64,000 nt of DNA from an uncultured Clostridium sp. (GCA_946500265.1 CAMMVE010000005.1:1906-65905); one strand, 5' to 3'; positions 1 through 9,644 are shown, counted from the stretch's first letter. A program made the numbers and translations. The notes: generated by a model not told the origin, from the sequence alone.

Positions 1-1
1 T

Positions 2-418
2 AATATAAAAAAGCAAATAGAATCTTTTAAACAAGCAATAAACAATGAAACTAGAAAGTTGGAAGTAATGTATGATGACAGACTGGCAGGAATTATCACA
101 CTTGACGAATATATGAAAAATGCTAATAGAATAAAAGAGATTGTAAAAGGATATGAACAAAACATCAAAGAGCTTGAAAAAGAACTATCTGGAGAAAGTG
201 ATAAGACAAAAAATGATAATAGATTAGATAATTTGATAGAAGAATTTCTTAATATGGAGAAACCAACAAAAGAAATAATTAGAGAATTTATAGAAAAAAT
301 TGAAATTCATAGCGACAAGCAAGTTGATATTTATTTCAATTTTAAACCACTACAAGAAATGAAAGAAAAATTAAATTTTATATGTGCTAGAAAAAGTTAT
401 GAGAAAAAAGTAGGATAG
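2..418 (+). CDS. Large serine recombinase, C-terminal part (DUF4368-like region); the 5' end lies left of the window
   Basis: The frame is open from base 2. The translation ...YDDRLAGIITLDEYMKNANRIKE...EFIEKIEIHSDKQVDIYFNF matches my recollection of the C-terminal DUF4368 region of clostridial transposon/prophage serine recombinases. The stop is TAG at 416-418. Confidence 0.6.
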   Translation, partial: NIKKQIESFKQAINNETRKLEVMYDDRLAGIITLDEYMKNANRIKEIVKGYEQNIKELEKELSGESDKTKNDNRLDNLIEEFLNMEKPTKEIIREFIEKIEIHSDKQVDIYFNFKPLQEMKEKLNFICARKSYEKKVG

Positions 419-961
419 AAAAAATGTCCACAACTGCAATACACACATGGTGCAATTTGGGCTATAATTGCAGAAGCAATTCTGGGTTTTGGAGATAAAG
501 CAGTAGAATATTTCAGAATGATAAATCCAATAGAACATTCAAGAACAAAGGATGAGGCAAACAAATACAAAGTAGAACCGTATGTTGTAGCAGCAGATAT
601 TTATGGAGGAAACTTGGCAGGAAGAGGAGGATGGACATGGTATACTGGTTCTAGTAGCTGGCTATATGAAGCAGGAATAAAATATATTCTGGGACTAAAT
701 ATTGAGGAAAATATTTTAAGAATAGAGCCACATATTCCAGCTAATTGGAATAGTTACAAAATAAAATATAAATATGGAGACAGTATATATAATATTACAG
801 TAAATAATAAAATATTGGATAACAAAGAAGATATAAGAATTATAATAAATGGAAAAGACATGAGTAAAGAGGAAAATTACGTAGGAAATAAAAAATTGCA
901 AACCAATGAAATTTTATTAAATAAAAATGGCGAAATCTTTACAGTAGAAGTTGAAATTTGA
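419..961 (+). pseudogene. 3' fragment of a GH94 gene (cellobiose phosphorylase / cyclic beta-1,2-glucan synthase family), split by the element to the left
   Basis: It lies in the same frame as the recombinase and is open directly after its stop. It reads ..QYTHGAIWAIIAEAILGFGDKAVEYFRMINPIEHSRT..YKVEPYVVAADIYG..GRGGWTWYTGSSSWLY, the conserved GH94 C-terminal catalytic region. No N-terminal part is present. Confidence 0.65.
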
Positions 962-1020
962 TTTTTACCTGCTAAAGTAGTATAATTATGATATAAAACT
1001 TCTTAGGAGGCGTAAGAAAA

Positions 1021-1314
1021 ATGAAAGACAACACGATGGGCAAATTTCTTGCAAAGCGGCTATTAGGTATTCCTATCGCTGCTGTTGGTGCACATCTTTT
1101 CTGGTGCTACTTACTAAAAGTTCTACCCTTTGGATTAAACTTTGACCCATATTCTGAGGAAATTTTAAACCAAGTCATTTGGACCATTTGGGCCTATGGT
1201 GGTTTATGGATTGCCGGTTTAATGTTAGTTGCAGGAATTGCAATTGCATTAAGGAAAACGGACGAAGAATGTGTGAACGAAGAAGTCGAAGAGGAGTACG
1301 AGGAAGAAGTTTGA
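1021..1314 (+). CDS. Small hypothetical membrane protein with an acidic C-terminus
   Basis: There is a strong AGGAGG RBS 8 nt upstream, two hydrophobic segments and an EEVEEEYEEEV tail. It is noticeably GC-richer than its surroundings and contains an in-frame CGG at 1057-1059. Confidence 0.5.
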   Translation: MKDNTMGKFLAKRLLGIPIAAVGAHLFWCYLLKVLPFGLNFDPYSEEILNQVIWTIWAYGGLWIAGLMLVAGIAIALRKTDEECVNEEVEEEYEEEV

Positions 1315-1368
1315 AAAGATGGGCCAAAAGGTCACCTATTTTAGGTGGCCTTTTCATATGCATATCTC

Positions 1369-1396
1369 TTGACAAAAATATAAAATAATATATAAT
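1369..1396 (+). promoter_or_regulatory. Sigma-A-type promoter (TTGACA-16-TATAAT)
   Basis: TTGACA lies at 1369-1374 and TATAAT at 1391-1396, upstream of the 1445 ORF. Confidence 0.5.
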
Positions 1397-1444
1397 GAAA
1401 GAAAAAATGGCTAAACATAAAAAACGTAATTTATATAAGTAAGA

Positions 1445-2377
1445 ATGCCATTGGGGAAGGGAATGAAATTAAATATGAATGACGAATCAAAAAGATTTAG
1501 AGATAGCATGTATATGGGAAGTGGCTCTCAAGATAATATTATAAGATTAAACAGAGAAGAATTTGGAAAAAATAGTGATGCAAGGAGAAGTAAACATAGA
1601 AGTACGGCCGAACATCAATATAATGTCGTTAGAGGAAGTGCACGTAGAGCAAAAAGAGCACAAGATAAAGCAAAGAGAGAAGCAAAAGCTAGATTACAAA
1701 GAGTTGGCGCAGGTGTTGCAGCACTATTACTAGCAGCAGGAATTGGAATGGGAGGACTTGCTGTAAAAGGCTCGTTAGAAGCTGACCCAAAAGTTACTGT
1801 TACGGAATTACAGGAAAATGGTATAAGTGCTTCCAAACTTGGGTTAGATAATTCTACTTTTGAGTTAATGCAAAAATATGATGAATATTTTGAAAATTTT
1901 GACCCTAACAATTTAAATCTTTCAGAAAATGAGATTCTAAACATGGTTGACGAAATTGGTCAATTGAATTATGATGTTATGAGAGAAAAAGTTGCTAATT
2001 TATATGGTGTAAATGCAAGCAAAGTAGACTATAGAATAAGAGATTTGGGACAAGATGGTTCACAATATGCAGTTTCTATTGAAAAACAAGACGGAGAAAC
2101 AGTAAATTATGTAAAGAATACTTTCCCATTTGATAAAGATAATAAAATGCCAGGAGATATAGAACTTTTAGCGATACATGATGATACATGTTATAGATTA
2201 AAAGATGAACTTAAAGAAGATAAGATTTCAAAAGTAAATGCAATAAAAACATTAAAAAGATATTATAGAGATGCTTCAAAAGTTGCAACATCAGAACTTT
2301 CATTAGATGAAAAAGGTAATATAGAGATGAAAGAATACGAAGAGGTAAAAGATAAAGACTTAGGAGAAGAAAGATAA
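1445..2377 (+). CDS. Hypothetical single-pass membrane protein
   Basis: This is a 310-aa ORF with a basic N-terminal region, one TM segment (VGAGVAALLLAAGIGMGGLAV) and a hydrophilic C-terminal domain. I recognise no family. The start codon is uncertain. Confidence 0.45.
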   Translation: MPLGKGMKLNMNDESKRFRDSMYMGSGSQDNIIRLNREEFGKNSDARRSKHRSTAEHQYNVVRGSARRAKRAQDKAKREAKARLQRVGAGVAALLLAAGIGMGGLAVKGSLEADPKVTVTELQENGISASKLGLDNSTFELMQKYDEYFENFDPNNLNLSENEILNMVDEIGQLNYDVMREKVANLYGVNASKVDYRIRDLGQDGSQYAVSIEKQDGETVNYVKNTFPFDKDNKMPGDIELLAIHDDTCYRLKDELKEDKISKVNAIKTLKRYYRDASKVATSELSLDEKGNIEMKEYEEVKDKDLGEER

Positions 2378-2387
2378 TATTAAAAAA

Positions 2388-2429
2388 GGCAAAAAAAAAC
2401 AAGATATTACTTGTTTATTTGCCTTTTTT
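2388..2429 (+). terminator. Rho-independent terminator
   Basis: GGCAAAAAAAAACAAG ... CTTGTTTATTTGCC forms a stem followed by TTTTTT. Confidence 0.7.
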
Positions 2430-2474
2430 ATGATATAAATATAGTCAAATGAAGAAAGAAAAGGTGAATTTTTT

Positions 2475-3260
2475 GTGGAAGATGGTAGAATTAATGAAGC
2501 AAAAAAAACAATTTTAATAGTTGATGACGAGAAACCTATTGTAGAAATTCTGGTATATAATTTGCAAAAAGAAGGATATAACACCATAGAAGCAAATGAT
2601 GGAGAAGCAGGTATAGAGATGGCTTTTTCACAAAAACCAGATTTGATACTTTTAGATATAATGCTTCCTAAAGTTGATGGATTAACAGTTTGCAAAAGAA
2701 TAAGAAATTCATTAAACATACCAATAATTATGATATCTGCAAGAGATGAAGAGATAGATAAAATATTGGGATTAGAATTAGGAGCAGACGACTACATTAC
2801 AAAACCTTTTAGTGTAAGAGAATTAGTAGCTAGAGTAAAAGCTAATCTTAGAAAAGCAGAAATGAGCGAAGAAGAAAAGAATTCTCCACCTATGGTTCAT
2901 AATGAAACTAAGCAAGAAGAAGTAGAGCAAGGTCAAGATCAAATAATAGTAATTGGAGAACTATATATAAACCTTGATAAATTCGAAGTTAAGGTTAGAA
3001 ACAAACCAATAGAGCTAACTTTAAGAGAGTTTGAAGTTTTGAAGTATTTGGCAAGTCAGCCAGGTCAAGTAGTAACAAGAGAAGCTTTGCTAGAAAAAGT
3101 TTGGGGATATGAATACTATGGAGACATTAGAACAGTAGATGTAACAATAAGAAGAATAAGAGAAAAAATAGAAGTAGATACATCAACTCCTAAATTATTA
3201 ATTACTAAAAGAGGTGTAGGTTATTATTTAGCATCAAAAGGTGGAAATAAAAATAGTTAG
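2475..3260 (+). CDS. OmpR/PhoB-family response regulator (WalR/YycF-like) with an extended linker
   Basis: The receiver domain reads ILIVDDEKPIVE...LILLDIMLPKVDG...ISARDEE..LGADDYITKPFS. The winged-helix part reads LTLREFEVLKYL...VWGYEYYGDIRTVDVTIRRIREKI. The start is GTG. Confidence 0.85.
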   Translation: MEDGRINEAKKTILIVDDEKPIVEILVYNLQKEGYNTIEANDGEAGIEMAFSQKPDLILLDIMLPKVDGLTVCKRIRNSLNIPIIMISARDEEIDKILGLELGADDYITKPFSVRELVARVKANLRKAEMSEEEKNSPPMVHNETKQEEVEQGQDQIIVIGELYINLDKFEVKVRNKPIELTLREFEVLKYLASQPGQVVTREALLEKVWGYEYYGDIRTVDVTIRRIREKIEVDTSTPKLLITKRGVGYYLASKGGNKNS

Positions 3261-3279
3261 CAATTAATAATTGCTAACT
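3255..3279 (+). terminator. Perfect 11-bp hairpin overlapping the response-regulator stop codon (possible attenuator between the regulator and kinase genes)
   Basis: AGTTAGCAATT aat AATTGCTAACT is followed by ATTTT. Confidence 0.4.
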
Positions 3280-3370
3280 ATTTTAACGTTAATAATTATT
3301 TGTAGCTATCTAATAATTTTATAATTATTATAAAACGAACTTGTGCTTTTAGAAAGGGATAAAATAAAAA

Positions 3371-4804
3371 ATGAAAAAAAATGTTAATTTAAAAATCGTA
3401 ATTATTTTTTTTGTTTTAGGAATTATTATAATATTAGGATTTGGAGCAAGCAATATATTTATGCTAAACCAGATGGAAAATATGGGAGCAAACCAAGAGA
3501 ATGCTGAATTAATGCAAACAATTACTGCGCAGATTTCTCAAACTAAATTAATAATAATAATTTCTATGGTAGTATATACAATTATCTCTATTTTAATAGG
3601 ATATTTTGTGCTTAAAGCAGTTGTTTCACCAATGAAAAAATTAATACAAAGTGCAGAAAAAATTGCTTCTGGTGAGAATGTTAAAGTAGATGAAAATATT
3701 CAAAATATTGGTGCAGTAGGAGATATAGAAAATGCTTTTGGCATAGTTACAAATGAATTAAACCAGAAATTAAATGAAGTTGATAGACAAAGAAAACAAA
3801 TTGAAACAATATTGCTGCATATGACAGATGGAGTTATTGCATTTGACATGGACGGAAAAATAATTCATATAAATCCTGCAGCGAAAGATTTATTAGGATT
3901 AAGCCCAAAAGAAAATACATTCGAAAAAATATTTAAGAAACTAAATATTGATATTAATATAGAGAAAATAATATATTTGGAAAATTGGACATCATCAGAA
4001 CAAAGAAAAAACATAGGTGAAAAGTATGTAAATATACTTTTTGCACCATTTCATGATGAAAATGATAGACCTGCTGGTGTTATTACAGCAATACAAGATA
4101 TTACAGAACATGTAAAATTGGATAATATGAGAAAGGAATTTGTGGCAGATGTGTCACATGAGTTAAAAACTCCAATTACATCTATCATGGGATATGCAGA
4201 CACATTATTAGAGGGAGAATATGATGACGAAACAAGAACTAAGTTCTTAAGCGTAATTTCTACAGAAGCAAGAAGAATGGCAAGACTTGTAACAGATTTA
4301 CTTACTTTATCGCGATATGATAATAAAAAGGTAAATGCAGAAATAACTAGTTTTGATTTGGGCGATTTAGTAAAGAAATGCCAAGAAAAATTGAGATTCG
4401 AAATAGAGAAGAAAGAACATAATGTAGAATGCTTTGTAACAGCAAGTGTACCACCAGTTGTAGCAGATAAATACGGAATAGAAAGAGTGGTATTAAATGT
4501 GCTATCAAATGCAATAAAATATACACCAGATAAGGGAACAATAAAAGTATATGTTGGATTTGTATATAATGATGCGTATATAAAAGTTATAGATAATGGA
4601 ATAGGAATTCCAGAACAAGACTTGAGTAGAATTTTCGATAGATTTTATAGAGTTGATAAAGCACGTAGCAGAGAACTAGGAGGAACAGGTTTAGGATTAT
4701 CAATTGCAAAAGAAATACTTGATAAAAATAAAGGCAGTATAGATATTAAAAGCAAAGTGGGAAAAGGAACAGAAGTGGTAATTCGCATTCCTACGAAAAA
4801 GTAG
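3371..4804 (+). CDS. Sensor histidine kinase (TM-HAMP-PAS-HisKA-HATPase)
   Basis: The H-box is FVADVSHELKTPITSI, the N-box LNVLSNAIKYTP, and the G-boxes DNGIGIP and GGTGLGLSIAKEI. Two N-terminal TM segments are present. Confidence 0.85.
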   Translation: MKKNVNLKIVIIFFVLGIIIILGFGASNIFMLNQMENMGANQENAELMQTITAQISQTKLIIIISMVVYTIISILIGYFVLKAVVSPMKKLIQSAEKIASGENVKVDENIQNIGAVGDIENAFGIVTNELNQKLNEVDRQRKQIETILLHMTDGVIAFDMDGKIIHINPAAKDLLGLSPKENTFEKIFKKLNIDINIEKIIYLENWTSSEQRKNIGEKYVNILFAPFHDENDRPAGVITAIQDITEHVKLDNMRKEFVADVSHELKTPITSIMGYADTLLEGEYDDETRTKFLSVISTEARRMARLVTDLLTLSRYDNKKVNAEITSFDLGDLVKKCQEKLRFEIEKKEHNVECFVTASVPPVVADKYGIERVVLNVLSNAIKYTPDKGTIKVYVGFVYNDAYIKVIDNGIGIPEQDLSRIFDRFYRVDKARSRELGGTGLGLSIAKEILDKNKGSIDIKSKVGKGTEVVIRIPTKK

Positions 4805-4805
4805 A

Positions 4806-4874
4806 ACTCAAATGACCGAAAAACAAACCTACAAATAACCGAAAAAATATCCAACAAATAACCGAAAGATATTG
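4806..4874 (+). repeat. Three tandem 23-bp direct repeats with core CAAAT(G/A)ACCGAAA
   Basis: The cores lie at 4809-4821, 4832-4844 and 4855-4867, immediately upstream of the -35 box of the next promoter. Confidence 0.8.
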
Positions 4875-4900
4875 TATTAATTCAACAATGATGGTATAAT
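4872..4900 (+). promoter_or_regulatory. Sigma-A-type promoter with extended -10 (TTGTAT-17-TGgTATAAT)
   Basis: TTGTAT lies at 4872-4877 and TATAAT at 4895-4900, preceded by TGG. A 13-bp perfect hairpin in the 5'UTR (4919-4931 / 4952-4964) follows. Confidence 0.5.
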
Positions 4901-4982
4901 ATAATAAATTAAAGAAAGAATATGTTTATAAAAGATTAAATGAAATAATCCTTATAAACATATTATATGAGGAGTAATTATC

Positions 4983-6257
4983 ATGGAAAATTATAAAAAC
5001 AGAATTGTTGATGAGGTTCTAAAGAAAAAATTGCAAGGTAAGGGAGCGGTTTTAATTCAAGGACCAAAGTGGTGTGGAAAAACAACAACTGCTGAACAAA
5101 TTTCTAAAAGCATATTGTATATGGCTAAGCCTGATGAAAAAGAGCAAAATTTGACATTATCAGAAATTAATCCGGGTTTACTTTTACAAGGAGAAGTGCC
5201 AAGATTAATTGATGAGTGGCAAATTGCACCAAAGTTATGGGATGCGATAAGGTATGAAATAGACCATAGAAATGCAGAGGGGCAATTTATTTTAACAGGA
5301 TCTTCAGTTCCAGCTAAAGTGGATGATGTAACTCATAGTGGAACTGGACGATTTTCATGGCTATTAATGAGACCAATGAGTTTATATGAATCTGGAGAAT
5401 CAACAGGAGAAGTTAGTTTAAAGGATTTATTTGAAAGTTCCAAGAAAATAGAGGGAATAAATAATTTAGATATAGAAAAAATTGCATATTTAATATGCAG
5501 AGGCGGATGGCCAAGAGCCATTTTCATGGAAGAGGAAATAGCTCTTGAGCAAGCTTTTGATTATTATGACGCTGTTGTTAATAGAGATATTTCCGAAGCA
5601 GATGGTATTTCCAGAAATCCAGAAAGAGTAAAAAATCTAATGAGGGCATATGCAAGAAATATAGGAACTCAGGTATCAAATGATACTTTAAGAAAAGATA
5701 TTATTGCTAATGATTCTAGTTCTTTAGACACAGATACAGTATTGTCATATGTAAATGCATTAAAAAAGATATTTGTAATAGAAGAGGCACCTGCTTGGAA
5801 TCCAAATTTAAGAAGTAAGACGGCGATAAGAACAGCAGATACAAGATACTTTGTAGATCCATCAATAGCTGTTGCTTCGCTAGGAATTGGCCCTAAAGAT
5901 TTAATTAATGACTTAAATACTTTTGGATTACTATTTGAGACATTATGTATAAGAGATTTAAGAATATATGCAGAAAGCATAAAAGGAAATGTTTATCACT
6001 ATAGAGATGCGAACTCATTGGAATGTGATGCTGTTATTCACTTAAGAAATGGCTCTTATGGGTTAATTGAAATTAAACTAGGAGGAGATACGCTAATAAA
6101 TGAGGGAGCTGAGACATTAAAAAAATTAGAATCGCGTATAGATACAACTAAAATGAAAAATCCAGCATTTTTACTCGTAATTACTGCAATAGGAAAATAT
6201 GCATATAGAAGAGAAGATGGAGTATATGTAGTTCCAATTGGTTGTTTAAAAAATTAG
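4983..6257 (+). CDS. AAA-type ATPase with C-terminal DUF4143-like domain
   Basis: The Walker A motif is GPKWCGKTT near the N-terminus. The overall layout and length (424 aa) match the AAA_14 + DUF4143 ATP-binding protein family as I recall it. Confidence 0.65.
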   Translation: MENYKNRIVDEVLKKKLQGKGAVLIQGPKWCGKTTTAEQISKSILYMAKPDEKEQNLTLSEINPGLLLQGEVPRLIDEWQIAPKLWDAIRYEIDHRNAEGQFILTGSSVPAKVDDVTHSGTGRFSWLLMRPMSLYESGESTGEVSLKDLFESSKKIEGINNLDIEKIAYLICRGGWPRAIFMEEEIALEQAFDYYDAVVNRDISEADGISRNPERVKNLMRAYARNIGTQVSNDTLRKDIIANDSSSLDTDTVLSYVNALKKIFVIEEAPAWNPNLRSKTAIRTADTRYFVDPSIAVASLGIGPKDLINDLNTFGLLFETLCIRDLRIYAESIKGNVYHYRDANSLECDAVIHLRNGSYGLIEIKLGGDTLINEGAETLKKLESRIDTTKMKNPAFLLVITAIGKYAYRREDGVYVVPIGCLKN

Positions 6258-6311
6258 ATATTATATCAAAAAATCCGCATAACTATTGAATAAGTTTGAA
6301 AAAAATTATAT

Positions 6312-6366
6312 AATAATATAGTAATTTATGATAAGTTATATATAAATTACTATATTATTATTTTTA
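6312..6366 (+). terminator. Rho-independent terminator (18-bp perfect stem)
   Basis: AATAATATAGTAATTTAT ... ATAAATTACTATATTATT is followed by a T-run. Confidence 0.75.
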
Positions 6367-6451
6367 TCATTCCAAGTAACTTGGCAAATGCGTAATATAT
6401 GTATATTTACCAATGTGTAGGAAATCAATTTTTGAAAGGAACGAAAGTAGA

Positions 6452-7090
6452 ATGAAGTTAAGCGATAAAGCTAAAGATATTATAGAATGGATAGTGTGCA
6501 TTATTGTTGCATTTGTACTAGCATTATTAATAAGGTATTTTGTTGGAACACCAACTATTGTAAAGCAACCATCAATGATGGATACTTTACAACCAAACCA
6601 GAGACTTATTTTAAATAGAATAAGTAGAACTATTAATGAAATGCCTGAAAGAGGAGATATAATTACTTTTGAAAGCCCTGATATAAATCCAGAAAATTAT
6701 GACCCTAATAATGTGGTTGCACAATATTCATATAGTCCATCTAATTGGTTTGGCGATTTTGTATATTATTTCTTAGAAATTAACAAAGAAAGTTATATTA
6801 AAAGAGTTATCGCTTTACCAGGAGAGCATTTGGAGATAAAAGATGAAAAAGTATATATTAATGGTGAAGAATTAAACGAACCATATTTAAAAGAAGGGGT
6901 AACTACTAAAATTAATGACAAAAATCCATACTGCAATTTGATAGTGCCTGAAAACTGCGTGTTTGTAATGGGGGATAATAGAGACCATTCTACAGATAGT
7001 AGAGCTTTTGGATGTATACCACTAGAAAAAATTGAAGGTAAGGTTTGGATTAGATTTTGGCCATTAAATTTATTTGGTAAAGTGGAATAG
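6452..7090 (+). CDS. lepB: Signal peptidase I
   Basis: There is an N-terminal TM segment. The catalytic Ser box is IVKQPSMMDTL, and the later motifs YIKRVIALPGE and GDNRDHSTDSRAFG are present. I prefer ATG 6452, which has an RBS, over the track start at 6413. Confidence 0.85.
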   Translation: MKLSDKAKDIIEWIVCIIVAFVLALLIRYFVGTPTIVKQPSMMDTLQPNQRLILNRISRTINEMPERGDIITFESPDINPENYDPNNVVAQYSYSPSNWFGDFVYYFLEINKESYIKRVIALPGEHLEIKDEKVYINGEELNEPYLKEGVTTKINDKNPYCNLIVPENCVFVMGDNRDHSTDSRAFGCIPLEKIEGKVWIRFWPLNLFGKVE

Positions 7091-7100
7091 GAGTAGTATT

Positions 7101-8015
7101 TTGAATTTTAGAAATATTATTGGAAACGATGGTGTAAAAGAATTATTAAATAATTCCATATCTACAAATAGTGTTTTGCATAGCTATATGTTTGTTGGAC
7201 CTGATGGAATAGGGAAAAAACTATTCGCTATAGATTTTTCTGAAATGATACTATGCTTGAATGATAATAAAGCTTGCGGTAATTGCGATTCATGTGTAAA
7301 ATTTAGTGGAAATAGTCATCCTGATTTTGAAATAGTAGATTCAGAAGATGGTAAATCCATAAAAATAGGTCAAATCAGATTACTTCAAGAGCAAATTGCG
7401 GAAAAGCCAATAGTTTCTGATAAAAAAATATACATTATTAACAATGCAGATTTAATGACTACAGAGGCGCAGAATTGTTTACTAAAAACATTAGAGGAAC
7501 CTCCAGAGTATGCTGTTATAATTCTAATTTTATCAAATGAAACAAAGTTACTAAATACCATCAAATCTAGATGTACTAAAATTCATTTCCAAAAACTATC
7601 AAATGAAGATTTAATAGAGTTTGCACAGAAAAACAATGTTGAATTTAAACAAGAGCTACTAAATGTGTGTGATGGTAGTATTTCAAAATTATTATCGTTA
7701 AAAGATAATATGGAGTCATATAATATGTTGGATACAATTCTAAAAGATTTATACAGTAAAGATATTGTAGATATATGGAATGAAGCTGACATATTATATA
7801 AATCAAAAGACAACATTTCAAGTCTGTTAGATTATTTTAATACTATTTTCCTAAAAAAACTACGTAGCACAAATGATGGTAGATATATAATAGGAATAAA
7901 AATCGTAGAAGAAACAAAAAAGAGATTAGCGGCAAATGCTAATTATGATATGAGCATAGATAACTTATTGCTAAAATTATGGGAGGAATTGCATGAAGGT
8001 AATATTAGGAGTTAG
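7101..8015 (+). CDS. holB: DNA polymerase III delta' subunit
   Basis: The translation includes IIGNDGVKELL...HSYMFVGPDGIGKKLFA, a CGNCDSC zinc module, and LLKTLEEPP. The start is probably TTG 7101, which has AGGAG upstream. Confidence 0.75.
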   Translation: MNFRNIIGNDGVKELLNNSISTNSVLHSYMFVGPDGIGKKLFAIDFSEMILCLNDNKACGNCDSCVKFSGNSHPDFEIVDSEDGKSIKIGQIRLLQEQIAEKPIVSDKKIYIINNADLMTTEAQNCLLKTLEEPPEYAVIILILSNETKLLNTIKSRCTKIHFQKLSNEDLIEFAQKNNVEFKQELLNVCDGSISKLLSLKDNMESYNMLDTILKDLYSKDIVDIWNEADILYKSKDNISSLLDYFNTIFLKKLRSTNDGRYIIGIKIVEETKKRLAANANYDMSIDNLLLKLWEELHEGNIRS

Positions 8016-8919
8016 ATTTAAAAAGCCGGGGAAAGTATATTTCTTTGACCCAGGCAACTTACATATAGCACTTAAGACAAAAGTTATAGTTGAAACTGCA
8101 CTTGGAGAAGAACTTGGAGAAGTAGTAGTCAAAAAGAAACTTTTACCAGATACAGAATTAAATACACCTCTAAAGAAAATAATAAGAATTGCAAATTATA
8201 AAGATATAAAACATCATGATGAAAACAAGAAAAAAGAAAAAGAAGCTTTTAAAATATGCGAAGAAAAAATAAAGAAGCTAAAACTAGATATGCATTTAAC
8301 AGAAGTTCAGTATAGTTTTGACAATAGTAAACTTTTATTTTGCTTCACAGCTGATGGAAGAATTGATTTTAGAGAGCTAGTAAAAGAACTTGCTGCTATA
8401 TTTAAAACTAGAATTGAATTAAGGCAAATAGGAGTAAGAGATGAAGTTAGAAGAATTGGTGGTAACGGTGTTTGCGGAAGAGAATTATGCTGTTGCTCTT
8501 TCCTAAATAATTTTGAAACAGTATCTATAAAAATGGCAAAAGAGCAAAATATGTCTTTAAATCCATCTAAAATTTCTGGAAACTGTGGAAGACTTATGTG
8601 TTGCTTAAAATATGAGCAAAATGTATATGAAGATAAACTAAAACATTTACCTAAAATTGGAGCCACAGTTCAAACAGATGAAGGAGAAGGAATTGTTGAT
8701 TCAATAGAAACATTAAGAGAAATTGTTAAAGTAAAATTAAAAGATGACAATGGAGAGGCTTACTATAAAAAATATAATGCAAGTAATTTGAAGGTATTAA
8801 AAGATCCTGAATCTGAAATTGTTGGAGAAGAAGAAAGCGAAAATTTAGAAGAATTACAAAGATTAGAAAAGTTAGAAGAGCAGGACAAAGAAGTAGAGCA
8901 TAATGAAGATATATATTAA
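7993..8919 (+). CDS. PSP1-domain protein (RicT/YaaT-like)
   Basis: It begins VRFKKPGKVYFFDP and carries the cysteine cluster GVCGRELCCCSFL...GNCGRLMCCLKYE typical of YaaT/PSP1. It follows holB, as it does in Bacillus. Confidence 0.75.
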   Translation: MKVILGVRFKKPGKVYFFDPGNLHIALKTKVIVETALGEELGEVVVKKKLLPDTELNTPLKKIIRIANYKDIKHHDENKKKEKEAFKICEEKIKKLKLDMHLTEVQYSFDNSKLLFCFTADGRIDFRELVKELAAIFKTRIELRQIGVRDEVRRIGGNGVCGRELCCCSFLNNFETVSIKMAKEQNMSLNPSKISGNCGRLMCCLKYEQNVYEDKLKHLPKIGATVQTDEGEGIVDSIETLREIVKVKLKDDNGEAYYKKYNASNLKVLKDPESEIVGEEESENLEELQRLEKLEEQDKEVEHNEDIY

Positions 8920-8955
8920 ATATAACAAAATAAATACTTTAAGGAGGTGAAAATA

Positions 8956-9129
8956 ATGGTATATAAAATTAGTGAAAAATGTATTAGTTGTGGAGCTTGT
9001 GCAGGTGCTTGCCCAATGCAATGCATATCACAAGGTGATGAAAGATATGTAATAGATGAATCAGTGTGCATAGGATGTGGAACATGTGCAAATGTATGTC
9101 CAGTTAGTGCCCCTGAGGCAAAAGAATAA
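8956..9129 (+). CDS. Clostridial-type 2x[4Fe-4S] ferredoxin
   Basis: Two cluster motifs are present: CISCGACAGACP and CIGCGTCANVCP. Confidence 0.85.
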   Translation: MVYKISEKCISCGACAGACPMQCISQGDERYVIDESVCIGCGTCANVCPVSAPEAKE

Positions 9130-9167
9130 TTAGATATTCATGAATATTTATATAAAAATTCACATAT

Positions 9168-9208
9168 TATAGAATGTATAGACATGATATACATTCTATA
9201 TTTTGTTT
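9168..9208 (+). terminator. Rho-independent terminator
   Basis: TATAGAATGTATA gacatga TATACATTCTATA is followed by TTTT. Confidence 0.8.
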
Positions 9209-9341
9209 ATTATTTAGTGGCGAGAAGGGAAATATTCTGATTAGATTATAATTCTTAAAATTTTCTTAATTTTATATTGCCAAAGTTAAGAAAATAATGT
9301 ATAATAGACGTATATTATGTCGAAATAAGGAGGATGTATTT

Positions 9342-9644
9342 ATGGAAGAAAAGAAATCTAATGGATTTGCTATAGCAGCTCTAGTATTAGGTATACTTTC
9401 AATACTTTCAAGCTTCACAATTATGTGGGTAGGTCTAGGTTGGATAGGACTTATCTTAGGTATAGTTGGTATAGTAATGGGTGTTATGGCTAAAAAGAAA
9501 AATCCAACTGGAATGGCTACAGCAGGTTTAGTACTTTCTATTATAGGTACAGTTTTATGTGCAATATTCTTTATTGCATGTGTTGCATGTATAGGAGCTG
9601 TAGGAATGACAGCTAGTGAATTAGGATCATCATTATATTATTAA
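9342..9644 (+). CDS. Small integral membrane protein (DUF4190-like)
   Basis: It has three or four Gly/Ile-rich TM helices. AAGGAGG lies upstream of ATG 9342. Confidence 0.5.
   Translation: MEEKKSNGFAIAALVLGILSILSSFTIMWVGLGWIGLILGIVGIVMGVMAKKKNPTGMATAGLVLSIIGTVLCAIFFIACVACIGAVGMTASELGSSLYY

Noticed and set aside
716-901. Numerous 60-240-aa ORFs in the track that lie antisense to, or out of frame within, well-supported genes. Examples: 716..901-, 1175..1388, 1615..1944-, 2360..2719-, 8307..8666-, 12090..12344+, 13056..13532+, 27167..27841-, 28476..30674-, 32626..33339-, 48378..48800- and 54713..55213-.
   Set aside because: They overlap strongly supported CDSs on the other strand or frame. They have Leu/Ser/Phe/Ile-rich translations typical of shadow ORFs in AT-rich DNA, lack an RBS and match no family I recognise.
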